Source: Azolla caroliniana (lineage: Eukaryota; Plantae; Polypodiophyta). From it: DNA of 64,000 nucleotides. Numbering within the stretch: position 1 is the first letter of the stretch; each line of letters opens with the position of its first letter. The stretch covers positions 1,860,001 to 1,924,000 of the forward strand of contig JBHGNT010000016.1 in the NCBI GenBank assembly GCA_043228905.1, read 5' to 3'. Position numbers and translations under genes: made by a program. This document shows positions 37,977 to 59,518 of the stretch, piece after piece. The notes beneath the pieces were generated by a model. It searched no databases and was not told where the DNA came from. It was given only the letters and a program-made list of their open reading frames with translations.

Positions 37977-39224
37977 ATGGCAGCCACTGGATTTGAAGGC
38001 TATGAGAAAAGGCTCGAGGTTACATTTTTTACTCCCTCAGGGTTTGCTGATCCTGAAGGGAAGGGATTACGCAGTCTCTCTCGTTCTCAGATCAATTGTA
38101 TTCTTGATGCTGCCCAATGTACCATCGTGGATCAACTCAGTAACGAAGCATTTGATTCTTATGTTCTTTCGGAATCTAGTCTTTTCGTGTATCCATACTC
38201 CATCATCATAAAGACTTGTGGCACAACCAAGCTCTTGAAATCCATTCCTATACTGCTCGAACTGGCGGGTGAGATCTCTTTGAAAGTTTCTAGCTGCCGA
38301 TACACCAGGGGGGTGTATATGTTCCCTAACGAGCAACAGTCGCCCCAAGGTTGTTTCTCGGAAGAGGTTTCTTATTTGGACAAATTCTTTGGCAACCTCG
38401 GCTCTGGAAGGGAGGCTTATATCCTTGGCGATGCTAACAAGGAACATCAATGGCACATCTATTCGGCCTCAGCAGCTATGGAAGCAAGTAATGAGAATGT
38501 TTACACCCTCGAGATGTGCATGACCAAACTCGATAGAGGTTGTGCTTCGAAGTTCTACAAGAGCAATTGTTCTACGGCCAAGGAAATGACTGAAAGCTCG
38601 GGTATATCGACTCTTCTTCCAAAGTCCACCATTTGCGATTATGTCTTCGATCCATGTGGCTACTCTATGAATAGCATCGAGGGATCTTGCTTATCCACAA
38701 TCCATGTTACACCTGAAGATGGGTTTAGCTATGCTAGTTTTGAAGCCATGGGGTATACTTCGAAAACTGCCGATTTGGGTGTGTTGGTAAATAATGTGCT
38801 ATCTTGCTTCAAGCCCAGAGTGTTCTCCATTGCACTGCATGCTTCTGGTCAGCCCGAAGACATTAAAGGATCGTGGGAGTCGTCTATTCTTCCGGTGGGC
38901 TACATTTGTGATGGAAGTACTAAAGAGAGTTTGCCTAGTGGAACCGTTGTTTTCCATACGTTCAGAGCCATTGGCAATACTGACTTTGTAAGAGTTGAGC
39001 CTTTGCCTCTCGTTGCTTCGGGTTGGAAAGATTTGCATACTATTACTGTTGATGAAATGCAGAACGATGGTGACTTGGAAGCTGCCATTGCTGATCTTCA
39101 TATGATGAAGAACTTTGAGTGGAAAGAGGCTTTTACTTATGATGGTGATATGAAGAATGTGGAGGAGGTCAAGCCAGACTATCTGTTATTTACTTTTACC
39201 AAACGTATCATGGGCTGCTCTTAG
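37977..39224 (+). CDS. SAMDC: S-adenosylmethionine decarboxylase proenzyme, 415 aa, intronless main ORF
   Basis: GFEGYEKRLE, cleavage site YVLSESSLF, KTCGTT, FDPCGYSMN and TIHVTPEDGFSYASFE. The first ATG after the uORF is 37977. Confidence 0.98.
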   Translation: MAATGFEGYEKRLEVTFFTPSGFADPEGKGLRSLSRSQINCILDAAQCTIVDQLSNEAFDSYVLSESSLFVYPYSIIIKTCGTTKLLKSIPILLELAGEISLKVSSCRYTRGVYMFPNEQQSPQGCFSEEVSYLDKFFGNLGSGREAYILGDANKEHQWHIYSASAAMEASNENVYTLEMCMTKLDRGCASKFYKSNCSTAKEMTESSGISTLLPKSTICDYVFDPCGYSMNSIEGSCLSTIHVTPEDGFSYASFEAMGYTSKTADLGVLVNNVLSCFKPRVFSIALHASGQPEDIKGSWESSILPVGYICDGSTKESLPSGTVVFHTFRAIGNTDFVRVEPLPLVASGWKDLHTITVDEMQNDGDLEAAIADLHMMKNFEWKEAFTYDGDMKNVEEVKPDYLLFTFTKRIMGCS

Positions 39225-42200
39225 AGTTATTTACAGCCTGTGTTATTTACTGCTACTAAGCTTGAGTTATTTCTCATAATATTGTCTTTTATTTACTACT
39301 ACCACTAAGCCTATTATGGGTTGTTATAAATATAGCACGCCACTTTATGTAAGTGTTTCTAAATAATTCATAGATTTAGATCTATGAAAACCCCACGTGG
39401 ATTTGGATTTATCTCTATGTAGCTTAATCTGCTGTAGCATATTTGTGTCTAGTTTGAAAATTGGTGTCTTGTGAAAGCGTTAGTTATATTTCAAACTAAG
39501 CTAGGCTTTACAATACTTTTTCTTGTTTAGAATTATTGTGTAAATAGCTAGTCTTTACAATACTTTTTCTTGTTTGGAATTATTTTGTTAATAGCTGTGC
39601 TATTTATAGATTAAATATGTATTATTAGTTCAGATTCATTTTAATGGTGTATTTAGCTGTGGTATATATAGATTTAATTTTAATAGGTTCGATACATTTA
39701 ACAGTGCATTTACAAACGAAGTATATGTTAGGGTTCTTTCTATCAATTGAATATTCATGAAATTGGATTTTGTAGAATAGTTTCCCGGAACAACATAGAA
39801 GATGCTTTGCCCATCTTGAATGCTAAGATTTTGATACCTTGTGAAACATTTGTTCAATCAACCAACACCCAAATTGTTTAGATATGTGGGAACTGAAAAA
39901 TGGACCAATGTGCTCTGAACTTGATGTTTAATGTAGGTTTTTATATTAGTTTTGATAATTGCCTAGTGGATGATTTGTATACCTTGGACCTGTCACCTAA
40001 CAATAATTATGTTCTCGACATACCATTTCTTGTTACTAGCACTCCTCCTATAGATAGGCAGGAATTTATATATAGAATAATTATCTTTGAGCTAGATGGA
40101 TATGTGGGCTTTCATGTTTCCTTAGTTTTGATCATTGAAAGATTGCATTCTCAAGCAAGTTGGACGAGACGGTATTCGGCAATTCAAGTAGTTGACTTGG
40201 TACATCACATGTTATGAACTGGTGGGTGTATTCAACGCACATAGTTGCATTAAGAATGTAACCATAACATGGTTATCATGAAGACTATCTAGAAGTTTGG
40301 AATAATACGTTTGGATATCATGGGTATCGAATACACAATTATATGCTCATTGTGCCACAATCCATATTTAGGGTATAACATTTGTGTCGATAATAACATG
40401 ATGTTTTTATATTCTATCAAATTTGGTGCATTATGAAAGTGTAATGGAAATCTATTTTTACTAGTGATGCTCTTTTTTTTTCATTTGTGCTTGTGCCAGA
40501 ATCCGAATTGAATTGAGGACAACTTACGATGGATAAGAATGCAAAGTTTTTATGTTTTACCGGATTTCTCCTTGAGGAAATAAATAATATGGGGTGCATA
40601 ATGTGCAATATTTTCTATTTTATCAATTTTCATGCATTGTAAAAAAACATAGAATTAATTTCTCCTTGGTCCCTCACCACTATCTCCATTGTATGCCTTG
40701 ATTATGTTTGAAATTATCAACAAGCTTTGTAGCGATGTTTTATTATGGATGCCAATGAATGTTAATGCATACGACACCATATATTGCTTGCTAGAAATGA
40801 GTCTCTCAATTGTCAACAATAACCCTCATTTTTGGGTCAAATGAGATTTTATTCAAATATATATCTTCTGGAGCGCAAGTATCTTGTGGCTCGAAAAAAT
40901 TAGGAAGATACATATTTGGATGCAACGTTGCAAGATGTCTTGTGACAAATTTTATTCTAACAAAGTAAACCAATGCTAAGTACACCCTATAACTTAGATA
41001 CCAATATGCACCAAATTTCAATTATCAAGTTAGCATTTATATTTCATTAAACCTACCTTGTTGCATTTTTTCACACTTTGCACTCCATGCTAAATAATGC
41101 TGACTAAAATCATAGTGTCGTAGCAGAGATCTGTCAAATTTCTTTTATAGTGTTTATACCATCTACCATTTAAAAAACAAATAAATTTTATACCAGTATA
41201 TGTTTTAATCTAAACACACACGTGCGTGAAGGCAAAACAAAAATTGAGAAACACGCACTCACGCATTTATGGTTAATGAAGGTGGCGGCGTCTCTTAATG
41301 AGTGAGTGACTTTAAGCTTTGATTGTGCAAGAGACATGTGGTGGAGAGTAGTAGATGTCATCATGCTAATGAACAAATATCTATAGGTATGTGCAATATA
41401 ATCATTTAATGTATGCACCTCGCAATATAAACTACAACTTATGTTGACCACGTAAATTGTTGGTGTAGCCCATAAGGGACAATGATCATAGCAGTGCCTA
41501 TTCACCATTAGAGATAATGAAATGACTTCTTTGACTTTTTCACTATTGTCTTTTAACACCTAATGATGATATGAAGAGCTACTAGATGACACCCTTTTCT
41601 TGTGAATATTTTATTGGTCAAGGAATTCGTAAAAAAGAAGTTTGCAATTCATTTGATTTGTTGATCCACCTTTCATAATCTTTGTGACATTGACATGAGT
41701 CAATATTGTGGTTTATATTGGCAACAACAAACATGTTGATTGTGTACCACACCGAGGTTGTTGAGTTTTGTATGCTTTTAGCAACTAAAAAAGATGCTAG
41801 CAAGCGTACCACGCTTCTCGCCTACGTATATTGCCAATAGTGCCATCCCACACGACCCGAGGATTTTGTTTGTCCCTTGCGAGCAACTAGTTGGTCTACC
41901 CATCCCAACATGAAATAAGTGTAACTTGAAATGGAATCTCAGGCTAGTTACATGTTCCACTCTGAGGTTAATTCGTATCAAACCAATGAGAGATAAAAAA
42001 GATAATCGAGTATTAGAGGCCCTCTTGGGTCGTATTTCTGGTTTCTCCTCCACTATCGATGGAGTTGCTTCCTCTAGGATGGTCTCTATTCCGTGTAGGT
42101 TGTCTATTTAATGGCTTGCAAGGTTGGTGACAAAAACACGTAGTTTTTTTTTTCCAAAATGAAGCTACTTTCCCATTAGTTAGGAAAAACAAAAAACAAA

Positions 42201-42789
42201 AACACACAAAATAACACGTAGGTTTAGTTTACATGGATCATGTTAGTGCCACAATATGAGTACCAACACATAACCATGTCTTACCATATTTTTAATGCAT
42301 TTAATTGTTGATTGGTTGGTTAGTTCATTTTGTGTGGGTTTGAACATTGTTACATGTCTTACGTATTTTAGGCTCGTTATGAATACGTGGACGAGAGGGT
42401 GAGGTGTCATCATCTTTGTATCCACAAAACAAAGTTTTCGTAGTATCAAGTGTGCGGAGGTTCAACACTCCTTGTTGGCGGTGAACGAGTGCGAAATCAC
42501 TCTTAGTGGGCTATAAAGGTAAAAAACAATATACAACCAGGTGAAATGCAAGAGAATAAGAAGTGGTCTAAGTTCAATGCATGTTGTCAAAAACTTAATA
42601 TTGTGAAAAGGTACAACTCTAGGATACATAGTAGAAGTCAGGATGCATAGAAGTTGTCAATAATACACAACAAACATGAAATCAAACACGAATGCATTTC
42701 GAGAAGCTGTGATTGATGCGAGGCCGGGTGCGAACATGGACATGTGACATGTACTCACTTGGATTGCAATGTGCATGACACACAAACGC

Positions 42790-42903
42790 AAAACCCAAAC
42801 CCAAGCTCAAACCTTAACCCAAACTCAAGTCCATACCTTAACCCAAACTGAAGCCCAAACCCTTGGCTCAAACCTTAACCCAAACTGAAGCCCAAGCCCA
42901 AAC
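42790..42903. repeat. Degenerate hexamer array (AAACCC/AAGCCC/AACCTT) upstream of GR
   Basis: aaacccaaacccaagctcaaaccttaacccaaact.. with the higher-order unit accttaacccaaactgaagccca repeated. Confidence 0.75.
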
Positions 42904-43230
42904 ACAAAGAGCCCATGAAAGAGAGAGGAGAGGAGGTCATGGAATTGAGAGTGGAAACAAATGAGAAAAGCATGGGGTAGAGAAGAACAAGTCTCGTGCC
43001 CACATTAACATAATGTATGTATTCTCCCTCCCATCCACCATTTTACTTCTCTTTCGTTCTTTCTTTGTATTCTCATTCATTCATTCAATTCAATTCGGAA
43101 ACCCCAAAACCTTTTGAAACGCTCCTCCTCCACTCCCCCTCCCCCTCCTAATCGCTACGCCTCCGTTCTTTGATCCTCTCCGTTTCCTTCTCTCTGTCTG
43201 TCTGTTTTGTTGATTTCATATTCATTTTCC

Positions 43231-51594
<8,364 letters not shown>

Positions 51595-53341
51595 GAATCT
51601 AATGGGTATCTCACCGTTTTCACAATGGAGAGTGAGTTGCCATATTCTATTGAGATCATGTGGAAGCTTGTTCTTTTGTAGGCTATTCTTTTGTCCACAA
51701 TAACTCTATAGAGTCTTATACCTTTGATGTGCGCATATATGATGAAAGGTGAAGAGCAGAAATTCAACCTTCTTCTCTAGAAGGAAAGTAGGGACACTCA
51801 TATACTTATGTTGTGTCCCTCAAAATAAAGTCAGGATTTGTTCTTTACAGAAGAAAAAAACATATTTGATCTTATGAAGAGAAAAAAAGTAGCCCGTTTG
51901 AGAGAGATGCCGATACAATGGTTTTGTTATACCCCAATAAAGTTCCAGCACTGTTTCTTTCTATTTTTATTTATTTTGATAAGATGAAAAATAATATTCA
52001 AGGATGATATGATGTGTTTGTTTTTATTTATGTATTGTTATCAATGCTGACATTGATAGTCTGTCGACATCATTGTGTTAGTAAATGGCAATTCTGGTTG
52101 AAGAAAGCAATTCTTACCAACTAGGATAGACTTGCTTGATAATTTTTTTGACATAACAATTCTGATGCATTGAGAAAGGCTATGTGATAGAACTGTAGAA
52201 GTAAGAATTCTGTTGAACAAATGGTAGATGTTCAATGAAATATGCTTATTAGATTTATAATTAAAATTTATGTGCAAAGATCTGCAAGCAGAGAATTATA
52301 CTAGTAAAGGATTAGAAATCTGTAACCATCTACTTAGGGGGACATTGGGAAACAACAAGACGCACACATTGTTGCTTTGTACATGTTAGAAGTGGGTCCA
52401 TTGATGCCTCTTTGTTCCAAAAAATATTTGTGAGGCTTTTATTGTTGTCCTAAAACTGTTCATCTCCGAGTTGATCTCTAGTGTAGTTCATGTCAAAAAA
52501 GTTCCAACTAATCCAACTCAAACTAATGGACACTAGTTGTTATACGTATACTAAGACACACCAAAGGTCAGTCTCCTAAATGAAGCATGCCACAACCTTA
52601 TACATTGCATGGTTCAACCTGGTCATGGAATACCCATTAAAGAAATGAGTAAATAGAGATTCATGCAACCTTGTTTTATCTAGAAAAGTAATTACTAACC
52701 TTGGTGTAAAGTGCTCTCTCTCATTTCAATCGACCCGAGGTCCGATGAGCTAAATGTTTATAAACATGATATCTTAGCTATTTTCCGAGATCATGAGATT
52801 AAAATATTCAGAGTGTCCAATGGGGTTTTTAATCCTTCAAGAGTGTCCAAAGAGATATTGCTAGACTAATGATGTAATGCTTATAGAAGTTTGAATGGTT
52901 TCATAGCAAATACAATGGTATAAAAAACCCGGCCATTACCCGAGACCATTTTCAATAGTTTGATGCATGTTCTTGATATTGTTTGTGATTAATGGAAGAA
53001 CCGGAATGATTCCATCATTGATGCGACGACTCATATGTCCATGTGGGTAAAACCTTGACCGATAAACTTACACATTGATGCCGAAACAGTCTCAATTAGT
53101 CTAGGGGGATCTCCCATCCCATCAATCAAATGATATAAGCGTATCAATGACCATCTACACTCCTTTCTCTTTCTGTCTCTGTCTCTGCCTTTATTTGTTA
53201 TGTATGTATGTATACAGTATTATATATGTATAGTTTTAACCATGAACAGAGCATTCCAACTTTCAGAGTAATAAAGTCTTTCATCTGATTGTTTTGTTGC
53301 GCCTTGGTTAATGAAAACACCATTAAAGTTCTTTCGCGTCT

Positions 53342-55022
53342 ATGGATTCTCGTGGTGACTCACAACAAACAGGTAAGAAACCCTAAATTCATAGATAGAT
53401 CAAAATTGCATGTATATATATATCATGCTTTCTCTCTGGCCGTTTGTATTCTATATATCTTATGGAACATGATAGCAGTCGAGTGTCATTGATTCAGATT
53501 TTTTTTTTTACCTGTACAAGAAGAAACACAACAAGAACATGATCTACAAATGTTGATGAAAACTGTGAAAAAGAGTATTGGAGAAAAACACTAAGAAATC
53601 TCTCTTTGTACAAGAAGCACAACCCAAAGGACTTAATCTAACCAACTTGTTGATGGAAACTCTTGAAGGTTATTTAGATAAATGTATCCTTCTCTCCTGC
53701 AAATGTTTCTAAGCATGCTAGATTTTGTTTTTTCGTCTTTTTTGTTATTGTTTTCCGTGTTTAGATCTCTTCTTTTGTCGACTCTCTTTGATCTTTTAAA
53801 GAAAGATCTATATGAAATATAATTCTAAAAATCTAACATATTCTGAACTCATCGTTTGTTTATTTGCCTTTTTACATTTGTTTTCCGTTTTCTTCCTATC
53901 TCTAAAATTTTCGTACTTTTTTTGCTCAGTTTACAAACCTATAATATGTTGCTGTATCTTTACATTAACTATTGCCATGCTGTTTTGTCTTTTTTCTTTC
54001 TTTCTTTCTTTATGTGTAAGCTTGAAGTCTCTCCTTATATATTTCACATTTGAATGATATGATGAGAGATTAAGGTAATAAGATTAAGAGAGACGGAGTG
54101 CTTGTAAATCCTTTGACTGTATTAAACTATGGTATTTAGGCTTATCTCCAACAATTTTGGAGTATTTGATTCAATAGTAGCAAGGCATATGTGCGATGTG
54201 GCCCCAGAACCTTGAGCATACATACATACTATCTGTTCAATGGTAATTTCGATCCACATGATATTTCTTCTCTTGAACTAGTAGATAAAAAAGAGATTGA
54301 ATCTGTTGTCAATCAATAAAAACATGAGGGAGCTATCCATTGAAATGAATGTTAATATATAATATATGTAGTATCTATGTATGTACACCCATATGGATAC
54401 AGATATCTTTGTGTGTGTAGTATAATGATGCTGTAGAATTTTGTTAGACATGATGCATCCAGAAAACCTTTCTGAGAGTTTGTTTCCCTGAATTGTACAG
54501 GTCAGGTAGAGTTTTCTGGAGCTATCGATTTGCTTACTCATCATGGATTGGGCGATTACTATGAGTTATTTTGTAAGAAGCCATTTCCGAACACAATACA
54601 ATCTTCTAAGTATGTGAGGAATGTTCTTAGTGACTTGGACATACAGAAGGGAGAGGGTATGGAGTTGGAACAAGTTTTAAAGCAAGATGACATGGGAAGC
54701 AAAAGCAGTACAAAGATCCATGAATTTCCGATGAAAACTCTATTTGAAGCATTTAACTTAAGAGAATCGAGCTTAAAGTTGTTACCAAAGGCAAGTCATG
54801 TCATAGTCATAAATCCCAACCACTTTTTTTGTGAGGGAATACTAAAGAAACATATAACTTGAGGCTGATTTCTAATGATTCTTGGCTATGCAGGTTGATC
54901 AAGGAGTTATGAATTATATGAAAAGAAAAATGAATCCCAGTTGCAAGGAACAATCTCGGAGGCATAAAAGGCAGAAGAGGCATAAGAATAGTTCTCCTGG
55001 AAAAACGACAACTGCTTTCTAG
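53342..55022 (+). CDS. MED19: Mediator of RNA polymerase II transcription subunit 19-like, divergent and short (149 aa); exons 53342-53372, 54501-54790, 54894-55022
   Basis: MDSRGDSQQT/GQVEFSGAIDLLTHHGLGDYYELFCKKPFPNTIQSSKYVRNVLSDLDIQKGEGMELEQVL..KIHEFPMKTLFEAFNLRESSLKLLPK/VDQG..RRHKRQKRHK..F*. It aligns, from recall, with plant MED19 (ELTGAVDLI..FFCKR.LP..YL.NVVGD.EIRKGEGM.LDQL..IQPFD..AFQLRE). Exon phases are consistent, and the second intron has a GCAAGT donor. Confidence 0.8.
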
Positions 55023-57330
55023 TGTTTTACCACCACAAGGTTCATGAAAACCTAGAATCTGAAGATGAATCATGAAAGGTCAGTTAACCTTTGTTAGAAG
55101 GGTATTTCAATATGTAGATAAAAATGTTGTCTTCAAAATGAAGGCATGTATCTCAAAAAAGAGCTTTATGGAAAATCCAAAAGTTTTGTCTTGATTACCC
55201 TTCTTTTGCTCTAATACAAAGCTACAAATAGGGGTCTGATTATGAGAAAATAAAAGTGTATATCCATTGGGCAGAGAAAATAAAATCTTGTGAATATGTA
55301 TTGCAACTCTGAAGGCATTGGGCAGAGAGCTAGTAGGACGTGAGCTTGATATGAGCAATACATTCATTTAGAAAACGACAAAAGTAGCCCACTGTTTTTC
55401 AGATTTTAATAAAGTATCATTAGTGGTATTGGGCCCAGAACTCTCAGATAGTGTTCCTACCAGGATGGCCCTAAGTGTTTAGAAATGATGGATAGAGAGA
55501 CATGCTGATAGATAAATATTAATAGGGGCCATGGAAGACCAATATGATTTATGCAACATTGGCTCAAAAACATGACCTATGGGACCAAATTAATTGTGTA
55601 GCACCAGTTGGGCCATAATTGAAATGTTTAATTGTTTGGAGATAATGAGTTCATGATTTGAATCTAAAAAGTAGCCTAAGAGGAGATGTGAAAGTATTGA
55701 GATTTTGAATCCAGGTTGTAACATTGTTATATACTTAAATACTTTAACACCTATTTTTAGGCTACTTACTATATTGTATGTAGCCTAAAAATAAGGGTGA
55801 AAGTATGAGTTCTTGAACACGGATTGTTATATACATGACAAATAGTTAGAGGATTAATTACATATTAAACCTTGAAAAAAGATATCAAACTCTTAACAAA
55901 TTTTTATCGCAAATGTATTGTTAGTAAATTGATTAGATTTCATCGTTTAAACCTTAGTTAAATACAAGCCAGCACCTCTGATAAATGTTTAATGATGCAA
56001 ACTGAGCTTCTCTTTAGGTTCCCTTATGCACCTAAGTTTCTTGTTGATTTCCTAAAAATCATCAGTAGCAACGCTCCACAATTTTGAGAAACTATGTGTT
56101 GGTTCATCCTTGTTCTCTCTGTGGTATTATGTTCTAATCAGGTGATTTATATTGGCCAATTGATTCTCTTTCGAGGGTTCATCATGTGCATTTTCCAGAA
56201 CCCTAAAATTTGAGAGAAATAAAGGAAAATGCAGAGACGTTTATGGTGATTTCTCACGTTAGCTAAAATTACACTAAATGGAAATGCAAGCATCTAAAAT
56301 TTTGGAGTGTTCAAAACAGTATTGTACACCGATATGTGTCAGAGTTGGGCTATTCATAACATGTGAAAGCAGATTAGGAATGTAATAATCAAAGGATTAC
56401 ACTCACTATGTTCCCATAACCTAATAATCAAATGTAAGGATAATTTATTTTTTTAATCTACTTGCCTTTTAGCTATGCTCCTTTTACATGATAAAAGATA
56501 GGTAGTTGATTAGCTAAATTTACTCAATAATGTGATCAATTTTAAATTCTAACCTTGATCAGTAATATACAAGAATGGCACCAATGATTTATCTTGAATG
56601 GGACAAACCCATACAATGTATTCAAGGAGCACATTTAATAAATTTATTGCTTAGAAATTGAGCATGATTTAGTATAAGAGGAAATCTCATAGCTTGGTAA
56701 GGAGTAATTCCATGTGACTCTAAAATAGGCTGTTTTACACGGTTTCCCACGGGTTTGTGAAGGATAAAGAAATAGTTATAGGTTGCCTCACATTTCCTTA
56801 GATTGTGATTTTTGAGGCCCTGTTGCTCTTTATAGTTGTGGGCCTCGGAAAATCACAAGCAAAAAGAATATATCATGGATGACAAAACATTTATTCTATT
56901 CCATAAAGCAACAAAGAAGTCCATTGTCCATAGCGTTTAAAAGAGTGATTTCCTTATGTGTTTGTGGGTTATTCATTACATCTACTTCTTTGATTCTACT
57001 TGAAACTAATTGTATGGAATCCTTTGAGGTTGATAAGTTGTCGATAATTTGGCGTTGTTGATGGAAGTTATGACATGATTGTTTTAATAACTTTATGAGG
57101 GTTAATAATTTCAGATCTAGAATTAATTATAGGCCAGATGTATACAATAAACATGTTCATGCTATAATTTGTGGGGAACCCCAACATTAAGGCCACCTTT
57201 TGGTCCTCACTCTCTCCTTGTTGCATCCACCTAGCGCCACTTTCCTCCATGTAAATTTTCCACACTAATCAATGGAGATGATTTTTTTTTTTGTTTATTT
57301 TGTAATTATTTATTTCAATGAGATAATTAA

Positions 57331-57848
57331 TTTTGGGAAAACTGGTCCCTCTGGATGGGAAGAACACAAGTCGGATCGCCAAGAGCCGATTTAGCATCGA
57401 TTGATCGATAATCAACTCGTTGGCCTCGATCGATTGACCGATGATTGACCAATAACCGACTCGGCTAATAGTTGAATTTGCCAAAGCCGACTGGGTCATA
57501 TTTGTAAATATCCCATAGTGTGTATTAGTATAAATACACTTTAGGGCAAATAATTTAGATGGGAGTGTGTGCATTTTGTAACTAGTGTATCAAAGTGTGT
57601 AACAAGAGTGAGTGAGAGTTGTAACTTTGTTGTAACCGTTGCCAGACAAAGAGGAACTCAAGGTTGTTGTCTTAGAGTCTCTTATGTATTTCCTCCTACC
57701 ATATTGATATCGTTCGGAGTTTGTGGACTCTCGTGGTTTTTCCCTCTTTGGGCTTTCTACGTTAAATATTGTGTCTTAGTGTTTTTCTGTTCTCGTCATT
57801 CGTCATTGTTGCTTGTGAACCGGTTGTGGCCGGTTCCATTTTCTAACA
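57331..57848 (+). mobile_element. Old solo LTR (518 bp) related to the LTRs of the intact copia element
   Basis: Shares with the reverse-complemented LTR: start ttggg..ggtccct..ggatggga, ttgtaaata..tataaat..tagggcaaa, cgtggtttttccc..acgttaa and cggttgtggccg. Ends in AACA. TSD attaa / attca. Confidence 0.8.
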
Positions 57849-59518
57849 ATTCACATGCTATTTTATCTCATAGTAATCTATTTAATCTATCACTTCTTAA
57901 TTAATGTAATAAAGAGTTGTGTGTGTTAATCTTAGTTTAACAGCCCTTGGGGCGTCCATGATTGTAGGGAGTGAAGTGGTAAGTGCTTTATGTGTTCAAA
58001 TATGATGAGGTCTTTGCCATTAGGGAGTGAGATGCCTCTAATTCCTTGGTTAGCCTATCATGAGGAAGGCAACGTCTCGGAACTCAATACTAACCTTTAG
58101 AAGTGCTGAAATCCAAGGTATGAGTTGCATTGATCTTGTTGGGGAGACTCACTTCATTAGCTTTGTTGTGGGGACATGATGACAAGCCTTGACATTTAGG
58201 AGTAAGATTATGGTGGATCGAGTGTGTTAGTTTTAGGATTAAGAAAGATAAGATTAAGTGTGTGAGCGTGTTGGTGAGTGAGAAACGTTATTGTCATCAC
58301 GAACGACCGTTACATCATTGCTAACAATAACATTATCATTGTCACAGTGTTGCCATGTCAAGATTTGAACTCTTCACCTCTTGTATATAGCCAAGTGTTA
58401 TGTTCTAACCAACACATCCAAATACATGGACATGTTATCTTAATAGATTATCTATTCCAAGTTCTAGGAATTTTTCGAAGCTTCTGCGTGAAAATGGGTC
58501 GATGCATGGAACTACATGTAGAGGTCACAAACATGTATAAATACTTGTTACTTCCTTGATCCCTTTCAAGGGATTCAACGCCAGTCATTGACACATTAAT
58601 ATAGTATTCTTGTTTCGTCCCATCTTGTCTCCTTGATCTTCATCTCTGTCTTTATGCTCTTGTCTCGTTCCTAACTTCTTAAGTTCATTACATCGTCACT
58701 CCCAACTTCCCAAGTTTCTAAGCCTAGTTTCTAAGCCTCATCACTTTTAGTTCATTGTCCCATCATCCATGCTCTGTCCAAGTCCGCGGTTGGTGTGTCC
58801 GTGACAATCATCATCATCATCATCATTATGATTAATAACACCCAAAAAAAGAAGCAATTACAACGATAATGGTTGCATAGGATGTTGTTGTTGATGATAT
58901 TGATGAAGGATAATGATGATGATGTTCCTCACTCAGACTCTTTTATCTTTCTTATTCGTGAAAACTAACATATTCAATTTGCCATGAACTTAACTATATG
59001 CCAAGATTTGCCCTCATATCCTTGATAGTGCCACCCACCAGTGGATCGAGTTTCCCTGACAAGTCACAATGGAATCTCTGGAGGTCACCTTCCTTATGGT
59101 GGAATGAGGGGCATCAATCACTCCACATTGGCAAACAACATATCATAAATCACCCTAGTTTAAGAGGAGACAAATATGCTCTTTTTTCTTTCTAAGCGAT
59201 TTTTGTTACAAACCAATACTACGAAGCTTTTTGGTTGCGCGGATACAACATAAAAACACCATGACACCTAAAACCACCTAAAAAGTATTGGGTTATACAT
59301 GTAACCATGGAGGGTTCTCACATTAACACGCACTAAATCGTTATATTATTAACTACGAAATACGTTTGCCTTAATTAATTAAGTAGATAATTACTAGATA
59401 AAAGACACATGAGTTGTCTTAATTAATTAGATAATTGTCAAATTTAAAAAAAATCTATAGCTCACACACAGAGAGTTCTTCTTCTTCTTCTTCTTCTTCT
59501 TCTTCTTCCGAGGCATTT

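Noticed and set aside
39900-42450. Scattered short ORFs between SAMDC and GR
   Set aside because: No recognisable motifs; probably decayed repeat sequence.
42790-42903. Interstitial telomere
   Set aside because: Units are degenerate hexamers, not tandem CCCTAAA heptamers.
59435-59518. PPR start at 59435
   Set aside because: TTG start running through a (TCT)n tract that is probably 5'UTR; the first ATG is 59519.
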